A stretch of DNA of 63,939 nt, the filler included, from Aduncisulcus paluster (lineage: Eukaryota): the NCBI GenBank assembly GCA_024181965.1. It is 17 parts of 17 records of this genome, joined end to end, with 100 filler letters (N's around TTAATTAATTAA, not from the genome) between each part and the next. Parts side by side here need not be neighbours in the genome. Positions count along the whole stretch, not along the records: positions 34,826 to 37,107 come from BQXS01010194.1; positions 37,208 to 40,217 come from BQXS01010195.1; positions 40,318 to 47,290 come from BQXS01010196.1; positions 47,391 to 49,517 come from BQXS01010197.1; positions 49,618 to 54,231 come from BQXS01010198.1; 12 more parts are not named here. The stretch is one strand, 5' to 3'. The translations under genes were made by a program, and so were the position numbers. Under the pieces are notes generated by a model. It was not told the origin of the DNA. It saw nothing but the letters and a program-made list of their open reading frames with translations, and made no database searches. Below, piece by piece: positions 36,862 through 49,632 of the stretch (positions are counted from its first letter, which is position 1; every line of letters begins with the position of its first letter).

Positions 36862-37209
36862 CACAAACAATAATAACACGCAAATATCGAAATTTAATTG
36901 AAATAAAAAAGACAATAAACACCAATAACTACCCCAATTGCAAGGAAAAACACGATTTGTTGACTTGTGATCCAAACTCGTTGGAGACTTGCTCGCCTTG
37001 GCGCAGCATTGGCGAAAGGATATGGTTACTGTTTCTCCAAGTATTTGGCGAAGCTGGATCTAATGAGGAATCCCAGATGTGAAATATAATATAAAATATA
37101 GATAATTNNNNNNNNNNNNNNNNNNNNNNNNNNNNNNNNNNNNNNNNNNNNTTAATTAATTAANNNNNNNNNNNNNNNNNNNNNNNNNNNNNNNNNNNNN
37201 NNNNNNNCA

Positions 37210-37629
37210 ATAGAAAATGATTCAGAGCTTGTGACGTGTCAATGTTATGATGGTTTTGGAGGAGACTCATGTGAAACAATTCTCTCTACGTCTTCATTGG
37301 AAACGTGGCAACTTGTCCTGATCATTTGTGGAGGTGCTGCAGTTATTTGTGTTGCAATTGTGATCATTGTGAAGTGTTGTTGCTGTTCTTCGAAGGGGGA
37401 GAAGGGGTCTAAAGCCACAAACATCCTTGAAAGAAACCCGTCCAAAGTCAAAAGAATGCTTCCATATCCAACTCAAATGAGTCCTCCAACAACTGTACTA
37501 CGTCAAGGGATGTCCCCGGTTCCTCAAATGATATCTCAACCGATTTTCCATGAATTTGATAATGCTAATCCGCAGTATGCTGTCTTGGATCGATTAGATA
37601 TATTGATTGAAGAAGAACTCTACGGATAA
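37210..37629 (+). CDS. C-terminus of an EGF-repeat single-pass membrane protein
   Basis: CQCYDGFGGDSC, transmembrane LVLIICGGAAVICVAIVIIV, juxtamembrane KCCCC. Confidence 0.85.
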   Translation: MENDSELVTCQCYDGFGGDSCETILSTSSLETWQLVLIICGGAAVICVAIVIIVKCCCCSSKGEKGSKATNILERNPSKVKRMLPYPTQMSPPTTVLRQGMSPVPQMISQPIFHEFDNANPQYAVLDRLDILIEEELYG

Positions 37630-37967
37630 TGTTTTAATAATAATGAATTCAATTTGGACTTCCGCTCTTAATATCTCAATTTATTTCCTGTGCAATGCTA
37701 TTTGATGATGCATGGCATGCATATTATTGAAAATGATCAGAAATTATGTTTATGTCTTAAATCGAATGTAAGCTAGCAAGTATAGATAGATAGTATCTAT
37801 CAAAATTGTGATTATCAAATTTATCAGACGATTACTGAATAAACAGAGATTTTAAAACAGTATATTCTAACTGGATTTTGATACCAAAACCACTTCTTGA
37901 AGTCATCGTTCTTTAGAAATCCGATCGAGGTGTTGTTTCTAAATCACCGATTTGAATCCTACAGGAT

Positions 37968-40217
37968 TCAAATTAGTGCGTGTCTATGAGAATCCAAATT
38001 GTTCAAAGGATCGGTCGACGAACTCAATCTCTCACAAGCTTCATGCACACTCATACGTTCTGCAGGGTTGAATCGGATGAGACCATAAATGATTTCTTCA
38101 AAACATGTATGAAGATGCTTGTATTTACCTTCTTCCATGGTCTTGAGTTTCCGGAAAACACACGAGTCTGAAAGTGAAAGTTTACACTGTTGCTCGATTA
38201 ATCTTTTGTAAAATGCTTCCACACTATCTAAACCTTCATATGCTTGCATTTGAGTGAATGGAGTGCATCCAAAGAAAAGGGAGAACAAAGTGAGACCGAG
38301 TGAGTAAGCATCACTCTTTTGAGTCTCAATGCCATCAAAGGATTCGGGAGATTTAAACACAAGAGATTCAAAGATAAATTGATCCGACAACGATGAAACA
38401 AATTTTCTTCTCTCTTGTCGAGAGAGTTGTTTTGAGTGAATTATCATGTCACGAATATGTGAAAAACCAATGCCATCAAGAACAACAGTGCACGCCATAG
38501 AGGTGGAATCGACACGAATAAGGAAGTTGTTCAGTTTGATATTTCTATGAATGAGATCAGATTTTTCCTTGAGAATATCACTGACACACTGAATTATCTC
38601 AGCACATAGAGCACATATCCTCAGAGGATCAAGTAAAGTCAAATCAACAGATCTCATTGATTGTCGACTTGATGAGGAAGAGCTTGATTCTGAATGGTCT
38701 GAATTTTTATCACTGCCATCTGAACCATAGGATTCCGAGTCAGAATGTAGCTCTTCCTCACGATCATCACTATCATCTTCATCTCCATCATTTCCATCTC
38801 CATGATCATGTATAACCGCTGTACTATCCGATTCTGTTCCTCCCATGGTTGATTCTCTAACATAACATGCATATTTACCTTGTGAACACCAACTCCTAGC
38901 AAAGTCCTTTACATTACCTCCAAGACAAAAGGTTCACTATCATCAGCAGTATCATTAATACTCACATACTTGCCATCAGCACACCAACGCATACAAGGGA
39001 CGTGGGATACGGTTGAAACATTTGGGATTCGTGAATAACTTGAGTTGCACCTTAAACTCCTTCCGACACCCTTTCACAACAGTTTTGTCCGCAATCCGAA
39101 GCATCTTCTTCAGAACACATGGGAAAGGAATGCCATCAATAAGAACAAGAAGAACCTCTCCGAACCCATCACTGCCAATGATGCACTGTGAAGTCAGCGT
39201 GGATGCAGATGTCAGAGTTAGCGAGTCGTGCTTGGTTAGACTTCGGCTTGAAATCCTTGGGGTTATGTTTCTTTTATCCTTATGTTTCTTCTGTTTGGTG
39301 TCTTTTGGTGTTGGATCCTTATCATTTCCTTTAATAACAATTTCTTTCACAGGTTTTGATGGCAAAGACAAAGTTGATGTGGTTGTCTTGGAGGAACTGG
39401 AAGTGTTAATAATAATTTCAGAAAATGCTTTTCTTCCTTTACATCAACTATTGAATAAGTTAAAATAATCATTGAACTGGTTCCATCAAACCTTTTTCAA
39501 TTCGAATGGTTGAGTAACTTTCCTTTTCCATAACCAAGCACATTCAAATATCCACTTGACAGAAACAAGAATAATCTCCCTGCTCTTTCGCTCCGTCTTT
39601 CTTCCTTTCCCATTTGTTTCTAACTTTGTAAACAAATCCCTTGCTTCTCTTAACCCATTCATATTCTCTGCAATGACATGTGTGCACTCTTTCCCAATAC
39701 GTCCAATAAATGCATCATCTTCCGTGATGTTGTACTTCTCCATCTGAGCATAATAATAATCCTTTGAGCCACTTTCAAATTCCTTCGTATTGCAATCCTT
39801 CTCTTCTTCTCTGCCTGTATAGCGACCATGACTATCCCCTTCCTCCTCAGACTCTCCACTCTCACTCGATTCCTCAAGATCACCATCAGCACGCTTGTGT
39901 TTAATTGAATCATGACAAAAAGGGAGTGGATTGGACAAGAATCGCTTCTTCTCTTCTTCATTCTGGTGCAGTAGATGGGCTTTCCTTCTCTTCAAATAGT
40001 CTTGTTCTACAGTCGAATACATGATTTGAGCACCAAATAGTTTAGCAACAACGATAGATTCATAATATTGAAGTTCATGCACTCGAAGCCTTGATCGAAG
40101 CCCACAAAAGTGGAATGTGCATCCATTAAACACACATTCACGTTGTATCTGAATGCATCTGGCAATGGAAGGAAGAGAGGATTGGACAACCTCACTTCTT
40201 GTCGAAAACATTATCGG
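37968..40217 (-). pseudogene. Disrupted, chimeric kinase-like pseudogene
   Basis: ORFs 39486..40211 and 38976..39371 share a frame, separated by TGA at 39486 and 39444. Gly-loop IGSDGFGEV and VLKKM are present. A deletion follows PRPLY. The catalytic motif reads HRNIKLNN. Confidence 0.8.
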
Positions 40218-40319
40218 NNNNNNNNNNNNNNNNNNNNNNNNNNNNNNNNNNNNNNNNNNNNTTAATTAATTAANNNNNNNNNNNNNNNNNNNNNNNNNNN
40301 NNNNNNNNNNNNNNNNNCA

Positions 40320-41048
40320 AGGAGGTCATTTACTGGGTTTGATCAAGAAGCTGATGTTAGAGGAAAAGATATTCTTGATGATATTCGTTTGTTCATTTTG
40401 GATGCCCTTTATGGTCTTATTGGAATGCGTCCTGATCATCAATTCCTTGCTTGTAGGTGTCCTCTTTATCCTCCTTGCCCATACTGTCCTCCTGCTGAGA
40501 GATTCTGTCCTGATGAACCAATCTGTCCTGATCCTGTTTGCGGTGACTGTCCTTGCCCTCTCATGCCCGATTGTCCTGTTGGTAGATGTCAAGATATCTG
40601 TCCTGAACCTCCTATCCAACCTGAATGTCCTCCCAAGCCAGTTTGTCAGACCTCTTCTAAGTGTCCTCCTGCTCCTGTATGCCCCTCGGAACCCTCTTGT
40701 GATCTTCCCACGTGTGATTTCTCTTGTCCTTCATGCTCTGAATCCTTCGTGAAGATTGAAGAAGAGTCTGAAGACTGCAAACCTGAGATCTCATCGCCTT
40801 GTGACCATGGCTGCGAATTCGTATGGCAGAGAGAATTTGATTACTTCGATGATTGTGAATACTACATGATGGATCCCAAGTGGAAATTCAACTGGCCATC
40901 TCAATATGATGGGAAGAAGGAACACAAATGGAGTGATCATAAGTGTGTGAAGAAACCCTGGAAGAAATATCATGCTGGTAAAGAGGCTGACAAGAAGGAG
41001 AAATATGAACACAATGACGCCATCGGTGAAGATGCTATTTTGGAGTAA
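40320..41048 (+). CDS. Cys/Pro-rich protein with CP repeats and aromatic/Lys-rich tail (5'-partial)
   Basis: CPYCPP, CPDEPICPDPVCGDCPCP, etc.; frame open from the contig start. Confidence 0.8.
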   Translation, partial: RRSFTGFDQEADVRGKDILDDIRLFILDALYGLIGMRPDHQFLACRCPLYPPCPYCPPAERFCPDEPICPDPVCGDCPCPLMPDCPVGRCQDICPEPPIQPECPPKPVCQTSSKCPPAPVCPSEPSCDLPTCDFSCPSCSESFVKIEEESEDCKPEISSPCDHGCEFVWQREFDYFDDCEYYMMDPKWKFNWPSQYDGKKEHKWSDHKCVKKPWKKYHAGKEADKKEKYEHNDAIGEDAILE

Positions 41049-41342
41049 TTCCACTGTATATCAAAGCGATTTCTTCGTTAATTAATCAAATTCATTAGTT
41101 TATCTTATAAGATTTATTGAATTTTACCAAAAAAACTTTATTCATCGGTTTCTGATTCAAAATTAGCTCCCGAAATTGAATGTAATAAAATGAGTTGAAA
41201 ATACCACCCCTGGCATGACCATATCATTTCCTATTTAATGTAGAAAAGGAGGTCAGAATAGCCATGATGATTCATCATTGATGAAGAAAGATATTTATTG
41301 CATCATACAAAGTACTACTTAGTATAGCATCAACTGTTGCAA

Positions 41343-44300
41343 TTATTCCAAAGGAGTGAGAAAAAAATCTTTCATCGCATCATTTCCTTCTATTCCTTCG
41401 AGAAGGGCAAATAAGTCATCCTCTCCAGGCTCATCAACTCCAGAATCCATTCTTTTTTGTTCGTTTGCACCTTCCCTCTGAGATAGAGACGGTGTATGAG
41501 GGATGAAATCCTTTCTAAATGTTATAGTATCTGCGTTTTGATCATCTTCCACCCTCAAAATACCTTCCACAGTGTCAAATCCATCAGAAGATATTGGATT
41601 GCGAAGGTAATCGAAGTTTGTGGTAGAGGCATCAAGAGTTTGTTTTGGCTCACTTCTGAGATGCCGTGATGACTGAGAACTCGAATCCAATCCTTTTGCC
41701 ATCGGGATGGACACAGATTCATGTTCATGAAATGTAGATAAATGTGAAGGTTGAGTGAGAACAGAATTAGAAGAATGAGTGCCAATAGTCACCGAGGGTG
41801 GTTGAATGTCCATTGAAAGTCTTCCTTTAGACATCTGTTTCTTCATATCACCAGAAGTACCATCAGTTTCAGCAATAAGAGCGCTATGAAATGGTTTTGA
41901 GGAGTGTTGGGAATCAAATTTTGGAGAGATCAACAGTTCAGACATCCCAATAGACCGAAAATCTACTCGTGAGAATGCCTCAGGTGGATATGTAACTAAA
42001 TCTCCAGTCTCAACGGGTGGAACCGTGATATTGAAAGAAGGTTCGGCAGGAACCGGGTCGCTAGTCTTCGGAACAGCAGTAAGAGGAGAAGATTTTATCG
42101 TGCTATGCTTAGCAACACCACTTTTATCGATTTTAGGATCCAGAAGAAGAAGAAGAAGAAGAAGAAGAAGATGATGATGATGAAGAATAAAAACTCTTTC
42201 TGAGACGTTCTCTAACATCATCCCCGATTTTCATACCACTTATGTCACTCATTCTACGCCAAGGAGCAGAGCTATCCTCTCCATATAATCTCAAGGGCTG
42301 AGAGATCCTACGTTGCTCAAGAGATACAATTTCACTCATCCTTCGATCAGTTAAAACAGAGGGGAAGTTTGGAATCGAGAGAGAAGATTTAATTGTTCCA
42401 GATACTGCACCCATCGTCTTTGAGAGAGCACTACGAGGTGAAATGGAGCCTTGGGGAGGTGTTGGATGAGCAGTGGCTTCAAAGGAATGTGTTTTACCCT
42501 TTTTAACCAAGAATTCCACTTGTTCTACATCCTCTTTGACTTCCAAAGGTAACCAATGAGCGGCCGGGGGAATGGAAACAGAAGGTGTCATCTCTTCAAG
42601 AGTATGAAGCATTCGAGAGGACAATGTTCTATGATTATAATCAGAAGATAAGCAGCCGACGACCAGGACACGTGTCAGTAAAGTGTGTTTTGGAATAGTT
42701 TTGACAGAAAAAGATTTCACCTTAGAAGAGGAAGATTCATGATCATCATGCTGTATTAATGAACCACTTTTCAATTCTGAGCCCCTTCCTTCGGTTCGAG
42801 TCGGAGAATATGGATCCTCATCCCTTTCATCATCTTTCTCCGATACATCCTTTGAGGAAACGAACGTAGATGTCGAGGGATCAGTCTTGAGTTCCCTTCT
42901 TCTCATGCGATATGTTAGTTCTTTGTGTGGATACGGCAACGTGTAATGACGTTTTTGTTTCATCGTAGGTGAGCTTGGAGCTTCAAATAAACCCATACGA
43001 CGCAGTTCTTTCTCCCTCCACTTTCCATTACATCCCCGCAGGAACATGGGAGGAGGGTTTGTAATCAATGTTGCGGAAAAGACCTCTCCTTCACACAAAA
43101 GACTTCGAAGCATCTTCAGAAGAGAGTCACGACGCCATATACTCGGTGATATCTTGCCCATCATGGAAGATTCTAAGGATTTGGAGTAAAGTTTTGACGC
43201 TCGAGCAAGTGATTTCAAGAGATATTCATTAGTGTTAACATGAGAATATGAAAGCATATGACTTTCTAAGCTTGTTCCAGAAATAGAATCACCGTGAGAA
43301 GAATCGGTTTGCTGAAGTGATGGCTGTTCGACATCAGTTTGTGATGATCTAAGAGACTCACCCAGGTCCCCATACAACTGTTCCATCAGGGGTTTTTTCA
43401 AGGAAGATTTGACACCCTTTTCTTTTGTTGGCTTTCTGATCATCATCTTTGACCTTGCGACACTCTCTCTCCTTTCACGAAGGGCTCTTTTCAGGTCTTT
43501 TCCTCGCTTTTCCCTCACACAACGCAATAATTCGAGAACATTACACGCACATTTCTTCCCAAAAGTATGGTTATGTTTATCTTTCTCATGAATATGTGCT
43601 AATGTGGCAGTGTGAGCTGGAAGATCGACCAATACAGCCTTTGCAAAATGGAACGCGGGTCCAAATTCAATAACAATTACCAAAGGCAACAGAGAAGCAG
43701 TCGACCTCACTCTGAATGTCCTTGTGCTCTGTGACATTCCAGGAGAATCCATCCCTGGTGCTCCTGATGTAGACATTTGTTGTTGAGAAGATCGGTGGCG
43801 AGGTGTTCCAGATAGATTAGAGGCAGTCTTTCCTCGAAAATTCACACCAGAACCAATCATGTGAGGGCGAGAGATATTGTTTCTTATTCCACTTAATGCC
43901 CTGTCCTTAAAGGTATACCCCGACGAAGACATTCCAAGACTCCTTGGGTCTTCCTCGATGGAAACTGTTTTGTATGTGGATTGAAGCAATCCATCGGTAC
44001 ATCCAGGACACGCACCAATACTAATATAGTCGGTTAATCTCAGTTTTGTTCGCTGTTTGGCAATATGTTCGACTATTTGAGATCGGGAAGCCTCACTACT
44101 GACTTCTGGAACAACATATGAAAGAGCACCAAAAGGAATCTCTTTGGAATGTTTTGCTTGACCACGTACCTTGGGAGTGGAGTGACCTGAATGTTGAGTG
44201 TGAGATGAATGATCAGGNNNNNNNNNNNNNNNNNNNNTCTTATTCCACTTAATGCCCTGTCCTTAAAGGTATACCCCGACGAAGACATTCCAAGACTCCT

Positions 44301-45422
44301 TGGGTCTTCCTCGATGGAAACTGTTTTGTATGTGGATTGAAGCAATCCATCGGTACATCCAGGACACGCACCAATACTAATATAGTCGGTTAATCTCAGT
44401 TTTGTTCGCTGTTTGGCAATATGTTCGACTATTTGAGATCGGGAAGCCTCACTACTGACTTCTGGAACAACATATGAAAGAGCACCAAAAGGAATCTCTT
44501 TGGAATGTTTTGCTTGACCACGTACCTTGGGAGTGGAGTGACCTGAATGTTGAGTGTGAGATGAATGATCAGGCTGACTCTTCGATGAAGTGGCATCACT
44601 TTGGTGCTGTTGAAATCTATAAGAAGCTAATAAATCATATACTTTTCCACTTGTACCCTGCGAAGGCTCAAAGGCCCGTACTTTAGGCCACGATCCACCA
44701 CTATCATCCCCTTGAGCACAGTCAGGATATGGAGCAGCATCAAGAAGATATTTTAAAACATTAATAGTTCTTCCGGCATTCTCACCTTGTAATAGAGGTT
44801 TTCCAAGAAGTAAAGACGTCTTATTAGTGGCATGAGGACCAGCAAAAGTAATGAATGCATTCCTTTTGACTAAAATTGCATCCAAGATATAATTAACAAT
44901 TTTTTTCACACCTGCGGCTCGAGGCGGAACAAACCGAGTTGTTTTAGAGCCTTCAAGTTGTAATGATGGGATGATATCATCGGGATTATCAGAGAGAACT
45001 TCTCCATAAAATAGAGAGCTATCTCCGATATCATGATATTTTAAACCGGGAAACCCTGGAATGCGAGGTGAATATTGATTTGATTTGGCAGCAGATAAAC
45101 GATCTTGTAACTTGGATTCGAAGAAATCGTATAAAGTTGAATTAGCTGATAAATCAGCATGTCCAGAGAATTTCTTGGATTTATGAGTATATTTTTGAAC
45201 TTTTTTAGCATCAGATATCGAAGAGACTACAGATTCACTCTCTTCATCACCAGAAGAAAATACATTCGAAAAAATGAATTCATCTTCATCTATAGTGGTT
45301 AATTTATAAATATTATTATCTCTTTCTTTCTCGACGAATAAGGATGACCCCTTTTTATGTTCTCCTAGGGAATATCTAAGAGATTTTTGTTTTGGAGGGG
45401 ATAGAAACAAAAAACAGTCCAT
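41343..45422 (-). CDS. Highly divergent kinesin-motor-like protein with long insertions (one frameshift near 42140)
   Basis: Kinesin motifs in the right order: NAFITFAGPHATNKT, KVYDLL, STASLLPLVIVIEF, KAVLVDLPAH, RDSLLKMLRSLL, VGCLS. Gap duplication 43882-44217 = 44238-44573. Confidence 0.65.
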
Positions 45423-46966
45423 AATTGATTAAAATCTAAATAAATATACTAGTTCTAACAAAATAATGTATAATAAGAAAGAAATATGAATGATATTGCG
45501 AAGAAATCGAATGTCTTTTAGTCACCAGTTTTTTCCTGAACTACAGGTAATATATATATCATGATTACTCTCATACACGTAGTGTTAATTTAATGATTAA
45601 TACTAAAATAGAAATATTCCATATTTAATGAAAATACAGGATTTGTCCATTTTCGAAGCATTCAAGTTGTAAGTTTATTATTATCCACATTTTCATTATG
45701 TATAGGCATCCTTTCACATGAAAATGACACATACTGTTGCTCATCGTCACAAATTTATTTCGATATTGAAGTTCATAGGAACCGGGCCTGAGATGGAAAA
45801 GTTCAAAAGAATATATTGAATTGGACCTTAAATTAAGATCCTTAACAATGAATTATTATTTCATGATTCGAAAATCCTCAAGAGCATGTGATAAAATGAC
45901 TTATTCTCTATATATGAAATAGTAAAAAAACTTTATGAGCAGAAATGTAGAAAATATCAACAATAATCAACTTATCAAACCCAATCCATATATATATATA
46001 TTAAGCAACCAATAATTCAAGGAAACTGGGAAAGAAGAAATTATTGAGTAGAGAAAATTGATAAATAACAGGATAAATTCCACCATTGTGTAAATACAAT
46101 GTAAGAATTCACCCAAAAAGAATATAGTGGTTCGAAAAACACACACATAGAAGCTGAAAAACATAGATATTATAAAAATATCAAATATTTTTTCGAAACA
46201 ACATAAGAAAATAAGTAAGCGAGTAGAATTATAATTATTATTAGTTATTTAATCACAAGTGAATGTGTTGGAAAGAAATAAACCTCCCAAAAGTACCAAA
46301 ATCATTTAAAAAGAAGAAGAAGAAGAAACAAAAGCATAAAATATGAATACAGTAAAAAATATTGACAGATTATAGAGTATGAAAAAGTATGAAAATAATA
46401 AATGGAAGTAATAAGTATAAAAAATCTTATAATAAAGTCAAAGACTTATGTATTATCTCAAAAAAGGTCATAGAGTCTAAAAATAAGAAAGTGAGAATAA
46501 CAGGAAACAAAATCTCATTGGAAATCTATTTTTTTTAATCAAGATCTCTTTGAAATAACTTCGAGATGACCCAATACAGAGATAAAATTGGAATAATTCA
46601 ATAAAATTATATATTATATGGAAAAATGAACAACATAATTAAAATTAAATGCAAAGACGCAAATCATTGAAGAGAAGAGAGGAGAAGAGAAGACAAAGAT
46701 GGGTTCAAGATCGTATGATACCCACAAAATACAGAACTACACAGACAAAACACAAGATATTCAAGAGAACATCTTGAAGAAACAAAAAATATTTAATAAA
46801 ACAACATTTCACGTTTTACACACACATACAAAATATACTGTCCTAAAACAACTGAAAGGCATTGAAATAATATCAAAATGGAAATTCCGCTCCAAACAAA
46901 CTAACAAACAAAACAGAAACAATTGATTGAGATTAGGGGGCCCTCTAAAGAGTTAGAAATAGTAGT

Positions 46967-47290
46967 TTACGGCGATTCCGGGAGTTTTAATGGAGGGACA
47001 AATGTCTTTGGTGAGGAAATATGACGATATTTTTCTTGAAATGAATGAGTCCGAGCCGTTAAGGAAGGCCTTGAAATGGAATAATCAATGGCAGCTTCAG
47101 AGAGGGAAGGAAGTGACTGAATACGATTTAAGCTCGGAGATGAGAAGTCAAAATCAAAATCTAGCCAATTTACGGAGTCTGACCATCCAAGTCCCAAAAT
47201 GCGTTCCTGATATTCACAGAGAAGCTTCCGAGGCATAAATAATCGCCATTTCAATACATCTAATATAACTAACTCACATTCGTGAAGATA
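46967..47290 (-). CDS. C-terminal fragment of a hypothetical protein
   Basis: ORF close to the contig end, followed by an AT-rich region. Confidence 0.45.
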   Translation of the reverse strand, partial: YLHECELVILDVLKWRLFMPRKLLCEYQERILGLGWSDSVNWLDFDFDFSSPSLNRIQSLPSLSEAAIDYSISRPSLTARTHSFQEKYRHISSPKTFVPPLKLPESP

Positions 47291-47390
47291 NNNNNNNNNN
47301 NNNNNNNNNNNNNNNNNNNNNNNNNNNNNNNNNNTTAATTAATTAANNNNNNNNNNNNNNNNNNNNNNNNNNNNNNNNNNNNNNNNNNNN

Positions 47391-48790
47391 CTTCGCGAAG
47401 AAGAGTGAGCTGAAGAAGAAGAGGAGACCGACGACGACGAGGAGGAAGAAGAGTGGGATAAGGTGGAGCGTGAGTGAGTGCTTCGTGAGGAAGAGTGTGA
47501 AGAGCGCAGAGAAGCTGTTGAAGAAGATGATAGAGAAGACCTAGAACCAGAACTAAACGAGCTTCCAGACCGAGACAGACCATGACGTTCTTTCCTCCTC
47601 TTCCTCTTCCGAATGCACTCGTATACTTTTTGTCTATACTCTTCCACACTGTACTTCACTCCATCACTCAAGGGCAAGGAGATTGGACGCAAGAGGAGAG
47701 GGTATGGGGCAACAGGAAGAGAAATAGAGGGGGTAGAAGCGGTACCTTCCCCACGGGAGAACACAGCCACAAAAGGGTGATGGAGAGCATCCTCAGCCTG
47801 AAGGCGATGGGAGGGAGAGAAAGACAAGAGTCTAGCAAGGATATCTATGGTCTCAGGGCAAGCAGAGGGGATGAGAAGAGCCAAACGACGGACAGTCATA
47901 GGGGATGGGGTACAATAAGAAAAACGCTTATTGAGAGCAGGATCGGAAGCAATAGATGGAAGAATTCCCGTTTTTGCCCACTGAACAAAGGGAGTAGATT
48001 TGGGAGCAGTGGTTGGAATAGCGTCCAGCATCGTCCGAGCAAAAGGAGAACCAATCTCTTTTAAATCCTCCTCAGAAGGATGTCCCGTCATGTTAATAAT
48101 TCGTGTTAGCTGATTCAAGGTACTACTGCCTGGAAATAAAGGTTTTCCTGTCAGTAACTCACCAAATAGACATCCCAATGACCACATATCAATTCCAGAG
48201 GTATAGGCTGAGACTCCAAGCAATATTTCAGGGGCTCTATACCATCTTGTTGCCACATAGTCTGTCAATAGCGCAGCACTTTCCGGTTTGGATGATGAGG
48301 AATCACAAGCAAGAGAACGAGCCAATCCGAAGTCACAGAGTCGAACAATACAGTCAGAATTGATCAAAATATTGGATGGTTTTAAATCTCGATGTAATAA
48401 TTCCCCGCTATGAATATAAGCGAGGGCTAAAAGAAGTTGATACAAAATATATTTTTTATGGATATTCTCTAAGATGTTGGTCCGTACAACAGCATGCAAA
48501 TCTGTTGAAACAAATGGGAAAACTATGTAGAAGTCTCTATCATTATCAGCCTTCATAATATCTATCAGAGGAATTATATTATCATGTTTGAGCTGTTGAA
48601 GAATCATTATTTCCCGGAATGTCCGCTGAGCATCAGTAATATTTAAAAATGCATCATATACCTTTTTTACAGCCACAGTTTTCCCTGTTTTTCGATCTTT
48701 AGCCTTGAAAACTATTCCGTAGGCTCCCTTTCCAACTTTAGAATGAATATCATATCTCTTTAAGACATGTTTATCAACAATCTCACTCAT
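47391..48790 (-). CDS. ERK7: MAP kinase of the ERK7/ERK8 (MAPK15) type, 3'-partial
   Basis: GKGAYGIV, DAFLNITDAQRTFREI, KADNDRD, HRDLKPSN, TDYVATRWYRAPE (TDY loop). Confidence 0.93.
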
Positions 48791-48899
48791 TGAATTGGTA
48801 AAGACAAAAAAAAAATGACCTAATTGACTAGAAGTCTGGCAAAATCAATCCGATACTTACTTTATTCGGTAAATCCCGGTTTAGCCGGTTATTGAGCAA

Positions 48900-49153
48900 G
48901 ACATGCTCCAAACAAGAAAAAAGCGGAAAAGATGTCTACGGATGAATTAAACTCAATGTTTGTTAATTGCAGCTATGCTGACCTTCGGCATTTACCAATT
49001 AAACCTTTCGCTGTGTTATCAAATGGGTTCATGGGCACTTATGCTCTGAAATTCATTCATGGAATCGCAATGCAAGCATCTGATTTCAACACGCCTGGGG
49101 CCTCTAGGAGTGAGAAACTAGTGAGAGGAGCAGGAGGTGGAAAGAAAACATAA
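48900..49153 (+). pseudogene. Possible remnant of a non-LTR retrotransposon restriction-like endonuclease C-terminus
   Basis: IKPFAVLSNGFMGTYALKFIHGIA resembles the 'PFxxExxGxxGxxAxxFI' motif. Confidence 0.3.
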
Positions 49154-49632
49154 TGGAAAGAAAGACTCCTGGTCCGGCTTGGATGTGCATTATGTCGCAG
49201 AGAGCTGTGCTGTCTCAAGGATTATGAAATGAAGACTTTGGAAACTGATCCCAGACCGCCTGTATGACGTGTCTGGAGACCTCTGTTTTAAACCAAAAAC
49301 TGAAGTTTTTCTGAAAGAAAAATTTATATAGCAAAATATTACTTATCAAAAGGAAGTCTTTGTTTATTTCTTTTCGCACAAAGCAGAGTTTGCCGTCATA
49401 AAAATAAAGAATTCTGAATCATGGTCCATCACAGCCAATACTTTTGGTGAGATACAGTTGTAATGCAGCTGGAAACACAACTGTTTACAGGTTGTAATAC
49501 CGGTGAAATAAGCAATGNNNNNNNNNNNNNNNNNNNNNNNNNNNNNNNNNNNNNNNNNNNNTTAATTAATTAANNNNNNNNNNNNNNNNNNNNNNNNNNN
49601 NNNNNNNNNNNNNNNNNATAAATGCTCATTGG

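Noticed and set aside
34826-36960. DGR-like adenine-specific mutagenesis in the paralog array
   Set aside because: Differences are not confined to adenines or to one terminal region, and the RTs in the window are gypsy/DIRS types on other contigs.
39444-39488. In-frame stops suggesting an alternative genetic code
   Set aside because: Intact genes end in TAA, TAG and TGA, and long conserved ORFs (RPB1, MAPK, gag-pol) have no internal stops; this locus has other lesions.
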